Assembly (NCBI GenBank): GCA_022813865.1
Contig: JALDZX010000054.1
Coordinates: forward strand, 62,001-126,000
DNA length: 64,000 nt
Origin: Xylographa opegraphella
Taxonomy: Eukaryota
Direction: 5' to 3'
A program made the position numbers and the translations under genes. Every line of letters starts with the position of its first letter. Position 1 is the stretch's first letter. The notes beneath the pieces were generated by a model. That model searched no databases. It was not told the origin of the DNA and saw nothing but the letters and a program-made list of their open reading frames with translations. Below are positions 25,630 to 37,692 of this stretch, one piece after another.

Positions 25630-26901
25630 ATGTGCAGAGTGATTACGAGCAGGTACCGTTGCTGTGGTTCCTATAACACCGAGCCCCGGCATGATCATTG
25701 CGCAGAACACTGGTATCGCAAATGCCGGAAAGTCCTGCAAGACGTAGAAGAATCCGATGCTCCCTGTGCGGACTGCAAGTTCAGCATGGACTGTCAAGCA
25801 AATGGAATCGATGCGTCCTCTGTATTCGAAAAGGAGAGAGTCGATCTTTTTAGTGACCCGCTGCTAGACGAAGCATTCATGCAAACACTAACGCAAGCTT
25901 GGGAGAGCGAGCAATTGCTGTACGGGGAAACAATGCCTCAGCTAACACAGGAGCATCAAACTTATGTAAACACAAGCGGGACGCTCGGACACCAAGCTCC
26001 CACACCGGAGACTGCAGATGAACGACAGAAGGACTGGGCACTATGCATAGGTAATAATAATCTAGGACAAAACCAGCAAAGCCTAAGGTCTACCCAAATT
26101 CAAAGACAAAGGCAGACAAAGGACACTCCAGTGTCGACGGCCGAACTAGGACACAAGCGCAAACAGCATTCCCGCTCTCATGAGCACTCCATCGACAAAA
26201 AGTATCATCGACGGCGGAAGGCACAAAACCGAACAGAAAAAATGGCGGGAAGTCAAGGTCAAAATCTCGAAGAGTGGATAGTCATATCACAGCCCATACA
26301 GAAGCAGGGGCGAAATTCATACCGCACTTATGCATGCCAAGAGCTCATCCTAATGCAGCAGTCACCACAAAGGTTGAGCATGATAGCCAAAGAGCTGGCG
26401 CAGGATTTCGCGCTGGATAGCACGCTGGAGCAGGAAACCCCAGGGATCGAAGTATTACAGCGACGCCAGCTCTACAGAGAGTGGAGAGACCAATCCTGCC
26501 AAGGACTTAGACTGGTATCCCGTGGAGCGTGCACGCCAACGATCAATGACGAGCAAATGCCAGCGACCAGCAATATAATGCATCCTGTAGCAGTCGACGA
26601 AAAGGCATCAAGCGAGAGGGCCATGGGGCAACCAGATGCCGAAGAAACTCAAATACTCAACGTACCGCAGAATCTGGAGCTTGCGCAAACGACCAACCCA
26701 AGTATCATTGACGAGACCATTGAAGTGCAGCCAGAAATCTTGCAAGTGGATCAGGATCATGATGGCTATAGATCTTTGGAATTTGAGGAATTTGACTCCA
26801 TGATGAACGCTACATTTGCAGATCTTTGGTGGACTGAAGCAGAGCAGTATGAGGTGCCGATCATAAGTAGCACGGGAGATCGTGACGCGTCACTATGCTA
26901 G
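25630..26901 (+). CDS. Hypothetical protein with N-terminal Cys/His motif (MC-x8-CC...HC...C...CxxC) and Gln/acidic disordered tail
   Basis: 423-codon intronless ORF starting MCRVITSRYRCCGSYNTEPRHDHCAEHWYRKC...PCADCK; preceded by a pyrimidine-rich tract. Confidence 0.6.
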   Translation: MCRVITSRYRCCGSYNTEPRHDHCAEHWYRKCRKVLQDVEESDAPCADCKFSMDCQANGIDASSVFEKERVDLFSDPLLDEAFMQTLTQAWESEQLLYGETMPQLTQEHQTYVNTSGTLGHQAPTPETADERQKDWALCIGNNNLGQNQQSLRSTQIQRQRQTKDTPVSTAELGHKRKQHSRSHEHSIDKKYHRRRKAQNRTEKMAGSQGQNLEEWIVISQPIQKQGRNSYRTYACQELILMQQSPQRLSMIAKELAQDFALDSTLEQETPGIEVLQRRQLYREWRDQSCQGLRLVSRGACTPTINDEQMPATSNIMHPVAVDEKASSERAMGQPDAEETQILNVPQNLELAQTTNPSIIDETIEVQPEILQVDQDHDGYRSLEFEEFDSMMNATFADLWWTEAEQYEVPIISSTGDRDASLC

Positions 26902-27379
26902 ATATTCCAGGATCAGAAGAAGAGCAGGGCGTAAGTTGGAATAGCTGACCGCCAACGACCTGGTTGTTCTTCTCGTGATTTGCAGCATGCAAAAGCGACT
27001 CGGGCCCAACATGCTTGCCGATAAGCATATTCAGCTTCTCTACAATCTTGTGATTCTGTATGAAAACTTCATTTTCACTTTCATCTGAATTTGAATAATT
27101 GTCTCCTGAGTCAGGTGCAGCATCATTCATACATTCATGTCTTTCAGTCAGGCGCAAGGCTTAAGTTTTGAGAACTGAGTCTTCCCACATTGCTCACACA
27201 ATTGAGGCCTGCAAATATCTTTACCGGGTTTCCCTTTGGCTCCGATCTTTTCTCTAGTTCATTGAAGATCATCTTCTATTGCAAGTCAGCAATGAAAGTT
27301 AAACAAGGAATTGCCGAAAATAGTTCATCGTCATCATCTTAACAAACTTCCTCTACTTCCTCACTTTCCCACAAATATA

Positions 27380-27580
27380 ATGTGCTTCATCTTCACGGTC
27401 ACGTTCTCGTGCGGCCATACTGAACGGCTTCCCGCGCCGACACGTTGCGAAATGTATCGCAAGCACAATTGCAATATGATAACGGAGAGGAAGAAAATGC
27501 TAGATGGTCTATGTAATGACTGTTATTATGCCGAAGAACATCAAAGACAGATGAACACACATGGAAAGGACCGAGAATAG
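27380..27580 (+). CDS. Small (66 aa) Cys-rich protein, MC-x8-CGH...C...C...CxxC
   Basis: MCFIFTVTFSCGHTERLPAPTRCEMYRKHNCNMITERKKMLDGLCNDCYY; CT-rich leader upstream of the ATG. Confidence 0.55.
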   Translation: MCFIFTVTFSCGHTERLPAPTRCEMYRKHNCNMITERKKMLDGLCNDCYYAEEHQRQMNTHGKDRE

Positions 27581-29025
27581 AAGCTAGTGCGGGTCAGCCA
27601 GGGGTATGAGAAGAAAATTCTGGATAAGAGACGGAAGACTCTGAAGCAGAAGGCAATGGCTGCACCGTACCACGGAAGCAACAACTGTAATACTTTGATA
27701 GTTCGAGCTCGCGGTTTCGAAGCCTCGAGGGGTTCGTATATTCTTTGGCATGTCAGTAAGGTTGTGAAGAAGGTCAATCTGGTGGAGCTCGCACAGGATA
27801 AAATATTACTAGCATGCATATGACAAAAGACTCACGAAATTGGTTGTGTCAGCTGAGGGGTGCCCAGTATCATTGCTGGGCCCCATCCATGCACACCTTG
27901 TGAAACGTGCATTGATATATGGCGGTGTGAAGCATCGTATAGAATTTAAGTAGGACTTCCCCTTGGTAATATACTCAAAAGTGAGTTCGTCACGGTGAAC
28001 TTACCTTAACGTCACTCTGTCTTTTATTAAAGTGTGCCCCGACATGTCTCAAGCAATCTTGTGCTCAAACGCCTCTTTGGGACCATCGACTCCATACTGA
28101 CCCAATAGCGACAAATTGCCACCGCTCAAGCCACAATGACCACCATATGCTTCCGCACACTATGGATTTTGCCTCTGACTGTCCAGTAACCAATCGAACA
28201 AACGCACCGTGATTTAAGCTCGCCAACTGAACAAGGGCGTTGTAGAAAAGAAACTCATACGCCCTACACCCGTCCCACGGACTTGTCCGTCATGTCTAAC
28301 CAAGTAGTAGAAACCCAGCAAGAGCAATATCGCGAATAAGGCGGAATGAGAAGAGTTCTCGAAAGTTATGGGCCTTGGGCTCTGAAGTAGGTAGACAGAT
28401 TGCAATCCGGAAAAAGTCAACAAAGAGTATCAGCGTAAGGGTGACTATTGATAGATGATCGGACACACAGCTGAGTCTATAAGCCATTGGTGGGCAGCTA
28501 AGAGGTCTGTTCTCAGAGGGGTCCATTGCGGCTAATGGACTATGTAGGGAATAACATGGCCGCGGCCAACATTCATTTCATAGCTCTGATCTGATGGCTT
28601 GCTCTTGGCGGATGTTCTCGCATCGTTCCATCAAACAGACTCTCTTGTCCTTGAATTCCTCCCCAAGATGTGCTTAGTAACTGTGGACTTGAAAACCCAT
28701 ATCTTCCTGCTATTCTCAATTCTTTGTCATTAAGGAGTCACAGAACCACTCCTAGCCAGTGCATTTGATCCTTACTTACCATACCTATAAGCTCGGCAAG
28801 TACCATTTTCTTAGCCGTGATTTTAGTGGTGGCCGCTGTAAAGACGGAGACGCCGAAGTTCGCTGGGCATTGATTTGTTGAAAAGTGAACAGATGGACAC
28901 CACCATCAAAGCTGAAGGCGACTTTCTTCACCCACTATCTTGAGACCATTGTTTCGACGCTCTGCGTGCGTGTTGATAGAAGTTGCCTGCTTCCATATCG
29001 ATGATGTCCTGGAACGGCATCTGAT

Positions 29026-31046
29026 TTACTTCTCATCATCATCCGTTACACCCCAAAGGAATTTCACTATCTCATGCTTCTGCACCCAGCCCCCATGGTC
29101 ATCGCTCACGATAATGGGGACCCGTTCCACAACCAGTTGCTTCCCCTTCACTCGAGGCACAACATAACGGAAAACTACAAAGTATGCACCACCAAGTAAC
29201 AGGCCTCCTAGGCCGACGGTAGGTATGATGTACCACTCGAAGTGTTGTGCCGATAACGCGAACGGGGAGTCATCCGCGGGCGGCACAAAAGCAACTACGA
29301 GGAGTACTGCCGTGACGACGCTATCGCATGTCAGCCGCGCCCAGTTTATAAAAGTCTCGCAAGAACCGGGCGTATCTCACCTGACTACAAGTGCAGCAGT
29401 GGAGCCTCCCCAAGGGCGAAAGTTAACAGATATTTCCTTCCATACTTGTGGATTGCGCCACCTCAGGTAGAGGAGTCCAGCTGCAACGAAGAAACTTAAC
29501 AGTAACATAATAACATAGGTATAGAGGTTGATCAGGATCTGATATGCAACGGCCGTCGTCTGCCCCGAAGTCCAAGCTATCAGCAGGACCGAGAATATCC
29601 AGTGCAACAACAATGCTGCCGTAGGACTCTTTTCAAGGTCTTCTTCCTGCTGTGTCTCGGAAGGATGTATTTTGGCCCAGATCTTTGCGCCCAGGGTTGT
29701 TGTGTCGCTGGCGAAGAATTTTGAGTAAGGTAGTATTCCCTCTTTGGCGATCTCCTGTTTGACTGGCATAAACTTTAGCAAACGGACCACTGGGTGGCTT
29801 TTGGTACAATCCGAAACAGCTCACCTCGACAAGCGGTAAATGTCATGACGATAATGTTCCCATAGATGGAGAATGCAATGATACCCGACATCACACGCCC
29901 AGCTACGGCGGTTCCGAAGATCAGTTGGAAGAATTCGGACGCGATATTGAGTCCAGTGTCCATGATTGCAGCTTTGGAGACAACACTGAACTGTAATAGG
30001 GTCAGTGAGATCTCTTGATAGGTTGGAGAACCGGATCTTCATACAAATGCTACGTTAACCAAGATATACAGTACCACCACAGACACCATAGTTGCTATTG
30101 TCGCTCTCGCAAAGACACCTTGCGGCCGCTTGACTTCGCTGAGTACATAGAAAGGCTGCATGAATCCGGTGTAAGGGTAGAGAGCATATACGAAACTAGT
30201 CGCATAGCTTGGCACATCCTTTCGAGGTTGTGAGAACGATGTGTGAATATCAAAGTTGTTGGTGGGGACCGCCGAACCACTTCCTAGTGATGCTCCTCCC
30301 AACTTCGCCAAGCCTGCGACAATGATCAACAAGAGGACAGCAACCTTCATGAATGCGAAGGCATTGTTCAGGTAAATGCCGCCCTTTCGTGAGATTGCAT
30401 GCAGGAGACAAGCTGTAGTCAAAGCTGCTATAGCCAAGCCTCGAATTGCGGCGTCGTGATTGGGCAGAGCTGCCGCTTCCATGATGTAGGAACCGAATCC
30501 AATGGCATTTCCGGAGAGATTTCCAAGAACGATAAACAAAACCCCATAGACACATGTCGTTAATGATTTAGGGTTCCCGTAGATATATTCCAGCTAATTT
30601 TGTCAGGACTGTAATCACTTGCTTTCGAAACCGCACACTCACATAGTTCTTCTCCCCTCCGCTTCGAGGCACGCTGACTTCATTTCCGTCCAACTCATAC
30701 CTTGGTATGGACAGGCTGAGTTCAAGCCAGACAAGAAGAGCTGCAAGAGCTACGATGCCAGCGAATGCCCAGATAATGAGCGTGATACCAATACTGTCGG
30801 TACCCTTCAGTACCGTTGCGGGCAAGATAAAAATTCCGGATCCTTAGTTCAAGGACAGTGCTATTAGCTTGAGCTTACACATTGGAGCTTCTCGAGTCCC
30901 ATTTGCTTACCGATCGTACGGTTGAGAATCAAGCATATGACAGTAGTAACTCCTAACTTATGTCGATCTGTGGGAGCGCTCACTATGAACTTGTTCGGAT
31001 TGCCCTCTGCTTCTTGCAAGCGATCCAGATCCTCCTGGTCAAGCAT
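29026..31046 (-). CDS. APC-superfamily amino acid permease, high-affinity methionine permease (Mup1)-like; multi-exon
   Basis: LILNRTIG-SGIFILPATVL (TM1 GSG motif), ELSLSIP...VPRSGGEKNY, VKQEIAKEGILPYSKFFA, multiple hydrophobic segments. Confidence 0.88.
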
Positions 31047-31745
31047 GATGTGGGCTGGAGAATCCGCTGATGCCCTCTCGCTCTGGGGTCAGAGGAGGTC
31101 TGGAAGGTGCGTGAGCAAGCTAATTTATGTCTTGACATCTTTAAGAAGCTTGCGAAAAATCCGTGACTTGAGGTCGTCCTTCCCATCCAAGTACGCCCCA
31201 CCAGAACGGGGCGTGAGGCAGACTACTACTCCGATAATGAGGCGCTTAAAATGAAGCTTGCACAGCTGACAGGCGCTGATACCACAGCCGGATTCGGATA
31301 TATTGGCATATTGGCATGGCGGTGTCATCGCGCTAAGCCGCGCGAGTTTGGTGGTTCGGCCAATGTCTAGAATATCAACGACACCCTTTCGTGCTTTGGC
31401 CTATGGATGTCCTGCAGAAGCAGCACTACATTTATCAATGATCGTCGTGCCATACCTGCCAGGCGATTGTTCATTTCCCTCTTTTCCAGATTGTAACCCC
31501 AGTCATGTCCGCCAGCCTTGGCGCCCGTTCAAGCTGGGGTCGATCACCTAGTCTACTTCTACCCACGAGGCTCTCCAGTCGGATAGCGTGCTCGTGTACC
31601 CTCACGCATGGGGCAGGCTGAGCTACTTCTCTCGAGCGGCTCTCAAGAGGTTCCCCAAACATTCGTCTGCAAGACCTCTTTTCCGTAGCTTGTGTGGGAT
31701 TCTGGATGCTGGCGAGGACAAGTCGTTTGAGCAATCGAACCGACG

Positions 31746-33861
31746 ATGTCTTCGCCTATCTCCGTAGGCGACCTCGTCCTCATCGTCCAACTAGGATCAC
31801 GAATTTATGAAAAGTGTTTCACAAGAGCAGAAGCCGCTGGTGAGTGATGTTGTCTGGACTTGGGGTGTGACAAGTCCAGCCCAGCCGTTCGAAAACCGGT
31901 GGGAGTTCCACGCTATATCCTAACTTTCGGCAGATCAAAAGTATCTCCAGTTCGGCGAGGAGATTCGGAATTTCAGCAAAGCATTGGAACAGCTCCAAAA
32001 GGTGCTACAACATGTCGAGGAAGAGCGACAGTTGCGACCTTGGCTTCCGTACGACGCCGCCCAAGTCAGATCAACTCTGAAGCCGCTACCGGATCTTACC
32101 GGGGACTTTGTAAAGACCCTAAAGGCATGCGAGAAGCTTTTGAGCGACAATTCCAAGTTCCGGCACAATGCTGCGGGATTCGTGGACAACGTTCGCTGGT
32201 GGTTGGGTGTGGAAAGTGAAGTCGAGCTACTCAAGGGGCGTATCCGCTTTCACACGACTAAAATACTTCTGATCACCAAACCGGTCGAAATTCAGCTTCT
32301 ATCGGATTTGCGTCAGGATATCTGGGATGTCAAGAGGATTGTTGAAGAGATCAGAAGCATAGTGGATCCAATTGCGGACCACAATGTTTCACTTCGAAAA
32401 GGCCCCTCAGTCCATCTTCCGTCAGTACCACCAGAGCTGGACCGCCGCTTCCTTGCTGCCTTTCATAGTCGACCTGGAGGAAACGTTGCCGTCAAGGACT
32501 TTCCCCTGAAGGAAGGATTCGACGCTCTTATCTACCACTTTGGAGAGAGTACAGTCAACATACCCCAGGAATATCTCAAGCAGAGAACCCCGGAGCTTAC
32601 TCAGTATTTGAATCTGGTCAAATGTCGATGGATTCTTCAGAAGCTGATGGAGAGCTCATTCTTTGTGCATGATTCGCTCTGGGGCAGATGCATCGAAGAT
32701 ATTGAGACGAACATCCTTCGAGAATTTCGTCGGTTCGATTCTGGACAACTGACGAGTCCAAATATCGAGGTCATAGCAAGACTTCAAGAGCCTTGCTTTT
32801 CTATTTGGCTAGACGATCATGGTACAGACGTAGTACCTACACTTACGGACGAGAGACCATCTGAAGAGAAACTTCTCGAAATTGCTTTGCCAAAATTACA
32901 AGGCAATCGTAAAGCGTTACTCGTGGCCTTCCGTAAAAGTGATCACGAATTACGGCTCGTCCACGCCACAAGGGATGACCAGAACGAGATGTTCTACGAA
33001 GCCGAGAGTCACGAGATTGACTTACAGTTCACGCGGTTCATACCGCTCTACGCAGTCCCGGATTCTGGCCCCTCTACGAGTACTAATAATGTCCTGTTCT
33101 GCAATCGTCAAGGGCAGGGTGAGAAAGCCTATTCGCTCGAGCGTCTGGAAGATGTCCACAATCTTCAGCAAGCTGTAACGGGCTACAAGGTTGGGGCTGA
33201 CCTTGCCTCTGTTTCGTGGGCCACGTTCAAGACCACAGAGAATGGCAAAGGCAGGGTTCAGATCTGGCGGGCGAAACCGCTGCCGCGGATGGCTGTGGCA
33301 GAAGCCACGGGCGGTCAAACACAATCACCAATCGCAGGCCATCCTCGACAAGGCACGTCGTTATCATCATTCACTTTGGCCGAGTCAATTGCGGCGACTG
33401 CGAAAGGATCTCTTATCTATGGCGCCGGCGGTCCCGCAGTATTGTTTTCAAGGCCGGAACTTCCGATAGTAGTAGTATACACTATATTCAAAGACCGATG
33501 GACGTTCTTACGTTTCGAGCTGAACGAGAAAGTGTACATCAACCTGCAGTCTTGCTTCTGCAAAGACTGTGACGCTAAAAGGTTGTGTAAGCGCATCATC
33601 ATCGAGAGCAAGGGCAAGCTCAAGATAGAGCGGCATTGTGCCGACGCAAGAGACGGTATTAATACTTGGAATCTTGCCCTTCTCAGGAAGCCATCTCACC
33701 CCGATGCAGACAAAGCTCTGTCCTTCTTCATCGTCAAGCGTATGATATTTACTTTCGCTTCGCCTCAGGATAAGCTCGAGTTTCAAACAATGTTCAATAA
33801 TGCGCAGACGTTGAGAAAACTGGACGAGAAGGAATACCTTAGCGCAACATCTAAAAGATAA
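31746..33861 (+). CDS. Hypothetical protein (about 673 aa) with HeLo/SesA-like fungal N-terminal helical domain and putative PH-like C-terminal domains; intron 31840-31933
   Basis: Spliced N-terminus MSSPISVGDLVLIVQLGSRIYEKCF...FGEEIRNFSKALEQL...FVDNVRWWL; long open exon 2; C-terminal CFCKDC...C and FTFASPQDKLEFQTMF. Confidence 0.7.
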
Positions 33862-34077
33862 AACATGTCGTATTTTCAAGAAGCAACAAAAACAGTGATC
33901 GAAGCCCACAATTCAAATACGTTCAATGAATTGGGTGGCCGCTGACAGGTACGGCCAATCAGGATTCCCAGATTCGTTGAATATGGTATGAAGAGACGCG
34001 ATTAGCTAAAACTTATTCGAAGAAAGCGGTGACCTGATCCTCAGTACATAACCAATGGGCAATGGCGCGGTCTCCCT

Positions 34078-35870
34078 CTACCCACCACGAAGCGTGATAT
34101 TCGCCATCTGCTTCTGCATGTCACGCGAGCCGCCTTGCAAGGCAGCATGCGAATCTTGCCTCCAGGGCATACTCTCCAGATGTTCCCGAGCGCTGACACT
34201 GATGCACAGCGTTGGATCTATGCTTCGAAGCCCAGGTTCCTTCATGGCTGCTAGAGCCGCGAGTCCAAGATATGAGTGGAGGATATCTTGGCTCCCATCG
34301 TCAGCAACTATCACATAACTCTCGCAATGTTAAAACGGAGGGGACATGAGGAAGTGCATATCGTCAGCGGAATAGTTGGAAAATTATAGATAGAAAGGGA
34401 CGGAGCAGGTCCCACCTGGAGGGTCACCCGGTAGCTTTCCAAAACCGCCTACGATATGCTGCGTCTTCTCAAGAAGATAGCGGCGAATGGCATCGAAGGA
34501 AAGCAGGTGGGCTTTCTGGAGCATCTACCAAGATATCAGTTCGACATAATTTTTTGCAGTTGAAGATTTCTGCTATCTTCGTACAATCAGGGTACTGCCG
34601 GCCCACCAGGAATAGCATGTATCCGCGAACTTGTTACAGCGTCCGCTGAAGCCGACCCAGAGGAGCTCTCCTGGATCGACTCGGAGCGGAGCAGGGGCCG
34701 AAGCATGTGCTAGGGATTTTTCAGTGGAAGCCTTTAGCATATGGAGGAGGTGTGTGTTACGTTCAGGATGCATCTGACTCGGTCCAGGGTGTTGGATCTG
34801 GGCATCGTGATGGTCTGGAGGACCTTCCAGTGCGACAGGAGGAACATCAGGACTTGTAGGAACACTGTGGTAAGTGCCGAGGGGAGGTTTATGTGCACTC
34901 CGAGGTTGTGCCTCGGTGCCCTCAGAGGCCTGAGTGTCATCTGCCAACATCGTGGTTTGTCGGTACACAAGCCAGTGCACGACGTCCTGCACAAAACTTT
35001 CATCGGCAGCGACTATAGAAGGTGATGCGGCCGACGTGCCGTTCGGAGAAGGTAGCCTCCCCAGAAGGGAGAGAGCTCCCAAACCATTATAAGTGAACCC
35101 AGCTACAGATGCCGTCGATGAGCAGAGGTTCGTAGCCAACGATAAAGACAAGGTGCGTACCATGGGCCTCGTGAGATGGCGCTTGGCCTATGCCGCCATC
35201 GTATGTCTTACTGATTTTAGCACTTCGCTTCTATAGGATTGCGGAGAGTCGAAGGTGATAAACCTGCCTTTGACGCTATGATAAATGCTGCCAGCTTATC
35301 GACGTCTATGTCTTTAGCCTCGTCCAGCTGCGTCCTGTCTTTGAGCATCCAGCGGGTAACGGCCGCTAGAAAGCAGTACCTAATATCCGGATCGCCTTCG
35401 ATCTGCCCATTCTTTCCGAGCCCTTCTCCGAAGCTCCCGCCATCCAACTGTAGTTTGGCCAGCCATTCCAGGCACTCCCGCCTTTTCACCCTTTCCATGC
35501 TGTCCCTCAATATTGCCAGGCCGGCCAAGGCGAAGAACGTGGCCGCGAGGTTTGCAGGATCCCAATGCTCGTTGTCGACAGTCCGATTCACGTCTCCAAA
35601 GTTGGCGCCTGTGAAGCCTCGAAAGCCGCCTGAAGGATGTTGGCAACGATAGATCCAATCTATGTAATGGGAGCGTTCCGACGGAGTCGTGGATTCATGG
35701 AGTACGCCCAGCAGATCGAGAGCAGAGAGCGTGAAGAGGGCGAGGGTCATGCGACTGGAATCGGTGGATATGTAGAGATGTGGGAGGAAGGTCTTGAGAC
35801 AGCGCAGCCAGTACTTGACATGCCGCTCTCGAGCGAAATCGGAGAGCTCGGGTCCAGTACCCAACGACAT
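34078..35870 (-). CDS. CDC43: Geranylgeranyltransferase type I beta subunit (multi-exon)
   Basis: FARERHVKYWLRCLKTFLP, GGFRG, DIRYCF, GFSGRCNKFADTCYSWW, HSYLGLAALA prenyltransferase-beta motifs. Confidence 0.92.
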
Positions 35871-36690
35871 CTCGAAAGTACGCCGAGAGGATGGTGCGGA
35901 GTGAGTGAAAAGCATGAAGCAGGTTGCACGAGTTTTGAGTAGATGGGGCGGATCCACGCACCTGAGATAGGACTAACATGAGGTGGCGTTTTCTACTCCT
36001 GTCCAAGCGCCCTTGGGACTAGAACGGGACAGAGGGCAACATCGGATTCGCATTATATCACACGAGGGTTTGGAGGGCATATAGATGATTGTGCTCGGTT
36101 TGATATGCGTATGTTTATCGATCCGTGGTGAAATTACGTCGTACAGTCTACTGTTTGGTGATCGAAGCTGCCCTTTGCCACAATCCATGATCGTCGTCAG
36201 CGTAGCGAGCAGCTGTATTTTAATGTGCAGGACAGCTGCAGGAACAGACGCCGGGGCTTTCTCGGTACTACCGTAGCTGGAGGAGTGGACCGTCTCATCA
36301 GTGGTACAAGTTGGTCATCCGTATAGTATCAATTATGGACAGAGAGAAGCCCCAGCATGAACACTCCTGCGGGACACTCGAGGCAATCGACAGAGCGAAG
36401 AAGGATTATATAGCGTATCTAGACTACATGAGTGACGATTCTATCTGAAAGCCTCGCTCGGTGGGTCCACGACAGTGGTAGCATCGAACATATGAAGGAA
36501 AACACTCCCATCAAGATAGCACGAGCACATAGTAAGGTAGTCGGGCACTTCCGTCACTGCTCCCCGCGCGGAAACATCCCGCTGCCATTCTCACCGTATC
36601 AGACCTTCCATGTCTTGCTCTCCAGCAATTGATCTTCTCTCCATTAAATCACCCCACACCCATTTTCGCACCCCCGACCCCCTCCGCAAA

Positions 36691-37478
36691 ATGCCACTTA
36701 TCACTTCCACCACGCTCATCACCTCCCTCGCAATCCTCCACCTCACCGTCGCCTACTACCTGCTGATGGCGCCGGGGAAGATTGCGCACCACAACCTCGT
36801 CGTGCTCATTGGCGCGTCGATGGGCCTCGTACGATCTCCACGTTCCTGTCCCTTTACTCCGTACATCGCCTGCTCCCTCCCCCCCACACTCCAAAGCTAA
36901 GCTCCTCATCCGCGGCAGCCCCCACCGCCCACCTCCCTCCTCCCGACCAGCACATCCCCCGCGCTCCCGTTGGCGGCCTCGCTCCTCAGCCTGCTCTCGG
37001 TGTCGGACCTCGCGGCGGCGGCGCTCCCGAGCGAGATCTACACCTACTACTTCGCCGCCCAGGCCCCAGTGCGGATCATCTTCCTCTTCGCGCTGGAAGG
37101 ATGCATCTACGCCTCGAAGCCGGGCGGCCTGCTCGCGTGGGCCGGGGCGGAGGAGCGAGCGCCAAGCACCGGTCTGGCCTTCACCTGGGGCTTTGTCGAG
37201 CTCGTGACCTGGTTCTGGGTGAGTTCTTCTTTCCGGGGCGGGAAAAAAGGGGGCCGGGGGGGTGCAGGCCTGGCGTTGGTCGGTGAGACATCGCGGGGGG
37301 GGGGGGGGGGGTTAAAAAGGATAATGGGGGCAAAGCGTATCATGATGTATGATATCTTCAACAGGAGGCTGATGCGTGTTGCCCGCAGATTTATGTGACG
37401 TTGAGGGATGAGCGGAGGGAGCTGCTGGTGAAGGTGCACGATGAGCGGGCGAGGGAGGAGGAGAGGACGAGAGGCTGA
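36691..37478 (+). CDS. ILM1: Ilm1-family membrane protein (3 exons)
   Basis: MPLITSTTLITSLAILHLTVAYYLL...IGASMGL; QAPVR; FTWGFVELVTWFW-IYVTLRDERRE. Confidence 0.85.
37295..37311 (+). repeat. Poly-G (17 nt) within the G-run-rich second intron of ILM1
   Basis: Directly visible. Confidence 0.9.
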
Positions 37479-37692
37479 ACGGGGGAGAAAATGAGGCGGT
37501 GAGAGGCTGGCGTGGTTGGATGTGTGGTGATTCTGTAAACCAGGAACAAGTCAGGAACATGTATACATGAGTGAGGCATGGCTCAGGTTCATCGGAAATT
37601 GTTGGCACTTTTACGTAAACTATGGCTATATACAATACTTTTTACTCTCATTGCGGGGGGTGAACGTTTTCCGATTCTCATGTACAGGCACC

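Noticed and set aside
28214..28526. Short hydrophobic minus-strand ORFs downstream of the permease
   Set aside because: No coherent exon structure or family signature
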